DNA of 64,000 nt, from the NCBI GenBank assembly GCA_047601445.1, contig JASGJH010000001.1, forward strand, positions 960,001-1,024,000, written 5' to 3'. Under the pieces are notes generated by a model that ran no database searches, had not been told where the DNA came from, and worked only from the letters and a program-made list of their open reading frames with translations. The DNA is from Myxococcales bacterium. Lineage in GTDB: Bacteria; Myxococcota_A; Polyangia; Polyangiales; DASUME01. Of this stretch, positions 57,519-64,000 are shown piece after piece (the first letter of the stretch is position 1; each line of letters opens with the position of its first letter). The position numbers and the translations under genes are program-made.

Positions 57519-59456
57519 TCACTTGAGCTCCCAGTTCGCCCCGAAGAACCCGCGCGCGAGGGGTGGCTTGGTGGGCACCAGGCGCGGACGCTCGGCGGTG
57601 CTCGTCGCGTCGTAGATCACATAGTCGGGCACGAAGTCCGGCAGGTTGTGGCCGCGTCGTACCCCCTCCACGGTGGGGCCCGCGATCACCGTGACGTAGC
57701 GCTCGGGCGACTCCGGATTCGGGTAGATGAAGCGCGTGCCCACGCCCTTGCCCTCGTAGCGCTTGGCGCCCGCCACGACGCCCGTCGCGTCCACCTGGAT
57801 GGGCAGCTTTGGCAACAGCCGATCCAACACGCTGTTGTCACCCGGCGTCCCGTAGAGCACGAGGTGCGCATCGCGCACCATCTCCGGCGTCAGCGCGCTA
57901 TCGGCCACCACCTCCTGCTCGATCGTCCATGGCCACATCGGCCAGCCTTTGGACCCCTTCTTGGCCAGCTCTTGCAGCGCCTTCGCGTTCTCCGGCCGCT
58001 GGGTGCCGTACACGTGGATCATGCGCCCGTAGTAGGCGTCGGTCAGCGGTCCGCTCAGGCCAGGTCGCTTCACCAGGCCCTTGTCCTCCGGCACCCCGAG
58101 AGCCCACGCCGTCTCCAGCTTCACCAGGTGTACCCGGTGCCCGAGCCCGCTCGGATTGCCCTTGAACGCGCGCGTGCCGTCGACGTCGATGCTGAGCTCT
58201 CCCGTGCCCACCGGCGCATCCCGCAGGTCGATCGCGAAGGCGCGCGTGTTGCTCGTGGTGATCTCGAGCTTGCCCGGGCTCGCCTTGCCCACGAGGCGCG
58301 CCAGCTGGGGATAGTCCGCGATGCGGGTGACCTCGAGCCAGTGCTGCCTGGCGGCACGATAGTCGCCGCTCACCAGGTGGACCTCGGCCGGTGATTTCTG
58401 ACGCTTGATGGGCGCCAGGTCCTTGTAGATGTTGCCGTGGCGGTGCACCAGGTAGAGCAAGTCGTGGCCGGCCTCGAACCACTTGCTCTTGTGGGGAATC
58501 GTGGTGGCTGCGAGGCGCTCGTCCAGCGTGTGCACGTAGGCCGGCTTCATCGGCCCCGGGTCGTGGTCGCCGTGGTAGTAGCGGAAGTCGGTGTTGTACC
58601 AGTTCTCGGCGAGATCCATGGCGTTCCAGGGCCGCATCAGCTCGGCTTCCACGCCCTTCACGTTGCCTTCACCGGTGTACTGCGCCCAGCTCGGCGCGCC
58701 CGCGATGGCCTGAACCACGCTGAAGCGCGACGCGTGCCGCGTGCCGACGGCGTAGGCGCCGACCCCGCCGTTGGAGAGCCCGCTCAGCACCACACGATCG
58801 GCGTCCACGTTGTAGTGCCGCGAGATGTCGTCGATCACGTCGAGCACGTCCTGCTCGCCCATCCAACGCCAGAGCAGCTGCCCGTAGCCATCCGGCGCAG
58901 CCACGATCCAGGGCGGCGACCACTTGGGCTCGTAGCGGTCCCACAGGTGAAAGTCGTACTCCTTCCAATTCATGTTGTTCCCGAGCACCACGCCCAGGAA
59001 CAGGTTGCCGTTGGAGGAGCCCCCGTGAAGCACGATCATCAAGGGCCAGCTCTTGTCCGGCGTGTAGTCCGGCGGGACGTACACCGTATAGCCCTGGATT
59101 CGCGTGGAGATGGGCGAGCGATAGCCCCGACTCACGATGCGCCCGCGCTCCTTGGGGTAGGGGTCCTCCCCCTTGGCCACCATATCCAGATAGCTCTGAG
59201 CGCGCGCGCGCCACTCGGCCGACTGCGTCTTGTAGCTGTCCTCGATGCGGTCGCTGACGTCCAGCAGGTGGGCGATGCTGGTGAACACGCCGGGGGAAAT
59301 CGCGGGCTGGCTCTTCTGGAGCTCCTGAAGGCGCGCGCGCAGCGGGTCCGCGGGGGGGCCCGAATCCTCTGCGCGGAGGCTGTTGAAGGCCGAAAACAGA
59401 GCTGTCAGAGACAGCGTGGTCGCCAGAAGAACGCCTCGAATCGATGCCCGCCACAT
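57519..59456 (-). CDS. exported alpha/beta-hydrolase (prolyl-oligopeptidase/esterase-like)
   Basis: Signal peptide, LHGG, GLSNGG nucleophile elbow, HGDHD, GHD. Confidence 0.8.
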   Translation of the reverse strand: MWRASIRGVLLATTLSLTALFSAFNSLRAEDSGPPADPLRARLQELQKSQPAISPGVFTSIAHLLDVSDRIEDSYKTQSAEWRARAQSYLDMVAKGEDPYPKERGRIVSRGYRSPISTRIQGYTVYVPPDYTPDKSWPLMIVLHGGSSNGNLFLGVVLGNNMNWKEYDFHLWDRYEPKWSPPWIVAAPDGYGQLLWRWMGEQDVLDVIDDISRHYNVDADRVVLSGLSNGGVGAYAVGTRHASRFSVVQAIAGAPSWAQYTGEGNVKGVEAELMRPWNAMDLAENWYNTDFRYYHGDHDPGPMKPAYVHTLDERLAATTIPHKSKWFEAGHDLLYLVHRHGNIYKDLAPIKRQKSPAEVHLVSGDYRAARQHWLEVTRIADYPQLARLVGKASPGKLEITTSNTRAFAIDLRDAPVGTGELSIDVDGTRAFKGNPSGLGHRVHLVKLETAWALGVPEDKGLVKRPGLSGPLTDAYYGRMIHVYGTQRPENAKALQELAKKGSKGWPMWPWTIEQEVVADSALTPEMVRDAHLVLYGTPGDNSVLDRLLPKLPIQVDATGVVAGAKRYEGKGVGTRFIYPNPESPERYVTVIAGPTVEGVRRGHNLPDFVPDYVIYDATSTAERPRLVPTKPPLARGFFGANWELK

Positions 59457-59562
59457 GGCCCGGCAGCCTACACCAAGGCCCCGTGCGAACGGAGGTTTCG
59501 GGAGCCTGGGGCGTGTGCTATCGCAGGCCGCGCACGGGCACTTTGGCGAGGAGAGCAGTCAG

Positions 59563-60975
<1,413 letters not shown>

Positions 60976-60978
60976 CGC

Positions 60979-62112
60979 GTGTCGATTCGCATCCGCGAGC
61001 ACCGGCCTGGGCGTGACATCGACGCCTTCATGCGGGTCCCCGAGATCCTGTACCAAGGCGATCCCGGCTTCGTGATGCCCCTGTACATGGAGCAGCGTGA
61101 CCGGCTTTCGCCGGCGAAGAACCCGTTCTTCGAGCACGCGGATGCGACGCTGTTTACGGCCTACCAGGATGGCAAGCTGGTGGGACGCATCAGCGCCCAG
61201 ATCGACCGCGAGCACCTGGCGCGTCACCACGACGGCGCAGGGTTCTACGGCTACTTCGATACCATCAATGACGTCCGCGTAGGCAAGGCCCTGATGGACG
61301 CGGCGGGTTCCTGGGTGCGCGCGCGCGGCATGAACACGCTGCGCGGCCCATTCTCGCTCTCCATCAACGAGGAAATGGGGACGTTGATCGAGGGCCAGGC
61401 CGAGCCGTCGATGCTGATGATGCCCTACCACCGTCCGTATCAGGACGAGATCACGATGGCGAGCGGGCTCGTCAAGTGTAAGGACGTGCTGAGCTGGAAG
61501 TACGTGGTCGGGGAGATCCCGAGGCGTGCCCTGGAGGCTCACGCCGAGGTCAAGGCCATGCCAGAGGTGCTCCTGCGCTCGGTGCGCTGGAGTCATCTGC
61601 TCGAGGACACCCGCATCATGCAGGATGTCTTCAACGACGCCTGGGCCGACAACTGGGGCTTCGTGCCCATGACCGGTCGAGAGGTCGAGAAGATGGCGGC
61701 CGACCTCAAGCTCATCCTCGACCAGAACATCGCGCTGATCGCGGAAATCCACGGGCGCCCTGTGGCAGTGGCGCTGGCGCTGCCGAACGTGAACGAGGCT
61801 GCCCGCGACATCCGGGGCAAGCTCACGCCGCTGGGCATCGCCAAGCTGGTCTATCGCCTCAAGGTGCAGCGCACGCGCAGCGCACGCCTGATCCTGCTCG
61901 GCATCCGCCGCGAGCTGCGCCACAAAAAGCGCTACGGCGGGCTGTCGGCGGCGCTCTACGTGGAGATCGCGAAACGCGGCGAGCGCGTGGGCTACACCTG
62001 GGGAGAGCTCGGCTGGACCCTTGAAGACAACCGTCCGGTGAACCTAGGAATCAAGATGATGGGCGGCGTACCCTACAAGCGCTATCGCCTGTACGAGAAG
62101 TCGCTGGCCTGA
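60979..62112 (+). CDS. YghO/bacterial ceramide-synthase-like tandem GNAT protein
   Basis: KNPFFEH, VGRISAQID, RGPFSLSINEE, FNDAWADNWGFVP, WTLEDN, YRLY family pattern. Confidence 0.72.
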   Translation: MSIRIREHRPGRDIDAFMRVPEILYQGDPGFVMPLYMEQRDRLSPAKNPFFEHADATLFTAYQDGKLVGRISAQIDREHLARHHDGAGFYGYFDTINDVRVGKALMDAAGSWVRARGMNTLRGPFSLSINEEMGTLIEGQAEPSMLMMPYHRPYQDEITMASGLVKCKDVLSWKYVVGEIPRRALEAHAEVKAMPEVLLRSVRWSHLLEDTRIMQDVFNDAWADNWGFVPMTGREVEKMAADLKLILDQNIALIAEIHGRPVAVALALPNVNEAARDIRGKLTPLGIAKLVYRLKVQRTRSARLILLGIRRELRHKKRYGGLSAALYVEIAKRGERVGYTWGELGWTLEDNRPVNLGIKMMGGVPYKRYRLYEKSLA

Positions 62113-62119
62113 GGTTCCC

Positions 62120-62545
62120 ATGCAGATCGCACGAATCATCCACGTACTCGGCAACATCCTGTGGCTCGGCGGTGGCGCGGTGGCCGCCTTTGCCATGGCC
62201 AATTTTGCGCTCGGTTCCAAGGAGAGCCGCGTAGGCGCCGCCCAGGTGGTGCGCAAGCTGGTGCTCTCGGTGGTCACGCCGGGGATGCTGCTGAGCTTTG
62301 CCGGCGGGCTCTACATGCTGCTCAGCTACTGGAGCGAGATCTACGCGAAGGCGCCCTGGATGCACATGAAGCTCACGGTCGGCCTGGTGGCTGCCGGCTT
62401 CTCGGGCGTGCTGTCGGGCAAGCTGCGGCGGGCTGCCGACGGGGCCGAAATCACGGGCAGCTCCATGCGCACTGCAGGCTGGGTGCTGCTTTTGAGCGCT
62501 GTCGCGGGCGTGGTGCTGGTGTTCACGCGCTTCGGCGGTCGCTGA
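62120..62545 (+). CDS. CopD/HemJ-like four-TM membrane protein
   Basis: IIHVLGNILW and WMHMKL motifs; four hydrophobic helices. Confidence 0.55.
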   Translation: MQIARIIHVLGNILWLGGGAVAAFAMANFALGSKESRVGAAQVVRKLVLSVVTPGMLLSFAGGLYMLLSYWSEIYAKAPWMHMKLTVGLVAAGFSGVLSGKLRRAADGAEITGSSMRTAGWVLLLSAVAGVVLVFTRFGGR

Positions 62546-62636
62546 GCTTCTGCGAGCGCCGGTCCCGCTGGGGCTGCCGGGCAAACGTCGGAGACCGGAA
62601 GGGCAGCAGAGCAGCGCTCGCTGCGTGGGTGCGCGC

Positions 62637-62652
62637 TGGTCCAGCGCTTGCA
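62637..62652 (+). promoter_or_regulatory. sigma54 (-24/-12) promoter
   Basis: TGGTCCAGCGCTTGCA; predicted start site falls about at ATG 62665. Confidence 0.55.
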
Positions 62653-62664
62653 GTCCACGACGGC

Positions 62665-63987
62665 ATGGAAGCCGATCGCCTGGAACCCTCGCATTGGACC
62701 GCGCGCTACGCACACAAGCTGGTGGATGTGCGGGAAGCCATCGCCAAGCTGCGCTCCCATAGCCGAATCTTCATCGGTTCCGGTGCCGCCCAGCCCTGCT
62801 CGTTGATGGATGGCCTGGTCGAGTACGGCACGGCCTTGCGCGGGGTCGAAGTCGTGCATCTGCTTACGCTGGGCGAGGCGCGCTACGTGCAGCCCGAGTT
62901 CAGCGAGCGCTTTCGCCACAAGGCCTTCTTCGTGGGCGCGAACGTGCGGGCGGCGGTACAGGAGGGCAGGGCGGACTTCATCCCGGTGTTCTTGTCGGAG
63001 ATTCCGGAGTTGATGCGCTCGGGACGTGTGCCCATCGACGTGGCGTTGATCCAGGTGAGCCCGCCGGACCGCAACGGCTACGTCAGTCTCGGGGTATCGG
63101 TCGACATCGTGCGCGCCGCCGCCGATCACGCCACGACCGTGATCGCCGAGGTCAACCCTCAGATGCCGCGTACCCATGGCGACTCGTTCATCCACGTCGA
63201 TCGCATCCATGCGCTGGTGCCCGTGAACCGCCCGCTGCTCGAGCAAGTAGGGGAACCGCCTGGCGAGATCGAGCGCGCCATCGCGGGGTACGTGGCGGGC
63301 CTGGTGCCGAACGGAGCCACCCTGCAGACCGGCATCGGCAAGATCCCGGACGCAGTCATGGGCGCCCTTTCGAACCACCAGGACCTCGGGATCCACACCG
63401 AGATGTTGTCCGACGGTGTCATGCGCCTGGCCAAGTCGGGCGTCATCAACGGCAACGAGAAGAGCCTGCTGCCGCGCAAGATCGTCACCTCCTTCGTGAT
63501 CGGCAGCCGCGCGCTCTACGAATGGGTCAACGACAACCCCGCGCTCTACTTTCGTCCTTCGGACTTCACGAACGACCCCTCGGTCATCGCACGCAACGAC
63601 AACATGGTATCAGTGAACTCGGCGCTCGCCGTCGACCTCACGGGCCAGGTCGCCTCCGATACGGTACGAGGCAAGTTCTTCTCGGGCATCGGCGGTCAGG
63701 TGGACTTCGTGCGCGGCGCCGGCAGGAGTCGAGGAGGCAAGTCGATCATCGCGCTGCCCTCCACGGCCAAGCAGGGCTCCGTGAGCCGCATTCAAGCCGC
63801 GTTCGAGGAGGGCGCCGGGGTGGTGACCAGCCGCGGCGACGTGCACTTCGTGGTCACGGAATATGGGGTCGCCGACCTCTGGGGACGCTCCGTACGCGAG
63901 CGCGCTCAAAGCCTGGTGCGAATCGCCCATCCGAGCTTTCGTGACGAGCTCCTGCGGGCCGCGCGAGAGAGGAAGTTCGTGAGCTGA
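62665..63987 (+). CDS. acetyl-CoA hydrolase/4-hydroxybutyrate CoA-transferase family protein
   Basis: LQTGIGKIP, IHTEM, SGIGGQVDF, VVTEYGVA. Confidence 0.9.
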   Translation: MEADRLEPSHWTARYAHKLVDVREAIAKLRSHSRIFIGSGAAQPCSLMDGLVEYGTALRGVEVVHLLTLGEARYVQPEFSERFRHKAFFVGANVRAAVQEGRADFIPVFLSEIPELMRSGRVPIDVALIQVSPPDRNGYVSLGVSVDIVRAAADHATTVIAEVNPQMPRTHGDSFIHVDRIHALVPVNRPLLEQVGEPPGEIERAIAGYVAGLVPNGATLQTGIGKIPDAVMGALSNHQDLGIHTEMLSDGVMRLAKSGVINGNEKSLLPRKIVTSFVIGSRALYEWVNDNPALYFRPSDFTNDPSVIARNDNMVSVNSALAVDLTGQVASDTVRGKFFSGIGGQVDFVRGAGRSRGGKSIIALPSTAKQGSVSRIQAAFEEGAGVVTSRGDVHFVVTEYGVADLWGRSVRERAQSLVRIAHPSFRDELLRAARERKFVS

Positions 63988-64000
63988 GGTCCAGGACACG

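Overview
GC-rich bacterial chromosomal segment. Gene content suggests Myxococcota, probably Polyangiales/Sandaracinaceae-like (inference from the FHA-sigma54 activator, Cys-rich and GDGD-linker lipoproteins and many hybrid kinases). The window is mostly housekeeping: tRNA-Glu/tRNA-Lys, prfC, dnaE, pilD, proBA-rsfS-rlmH, comF, smpB, thrC, trmL, ald, gatCAB-mtnA, fabH, lysA, argH and fumC. These are interleaved with envelope and signalling genes. I saw no integrase, transposase, CRISPR array or rRNA. Main points of interest: (1) a full-length P1B-type ATPase homologue that has lost every catalytic and metal-transport motif but keeps a Cys metal-binding N-terminus, coupled to an L,D-transpeptidase; (2) two tandem modular Cys-rich lipoproteins; (3) an operon of two beta-propeller-like lipoproteins plus an outer-membrane barrel; (4) an ~8 kb sigma54 signalling/stress block with four -24/-12 promoters and a probable pseudokinase; (5) prfC split by a single extra base; (6) a ceramide-synthase-like (YghO/bCerS) GNAT; (7) many apparently leaderless genes. 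All calls come from reading motifs by eye; no database searches were run.
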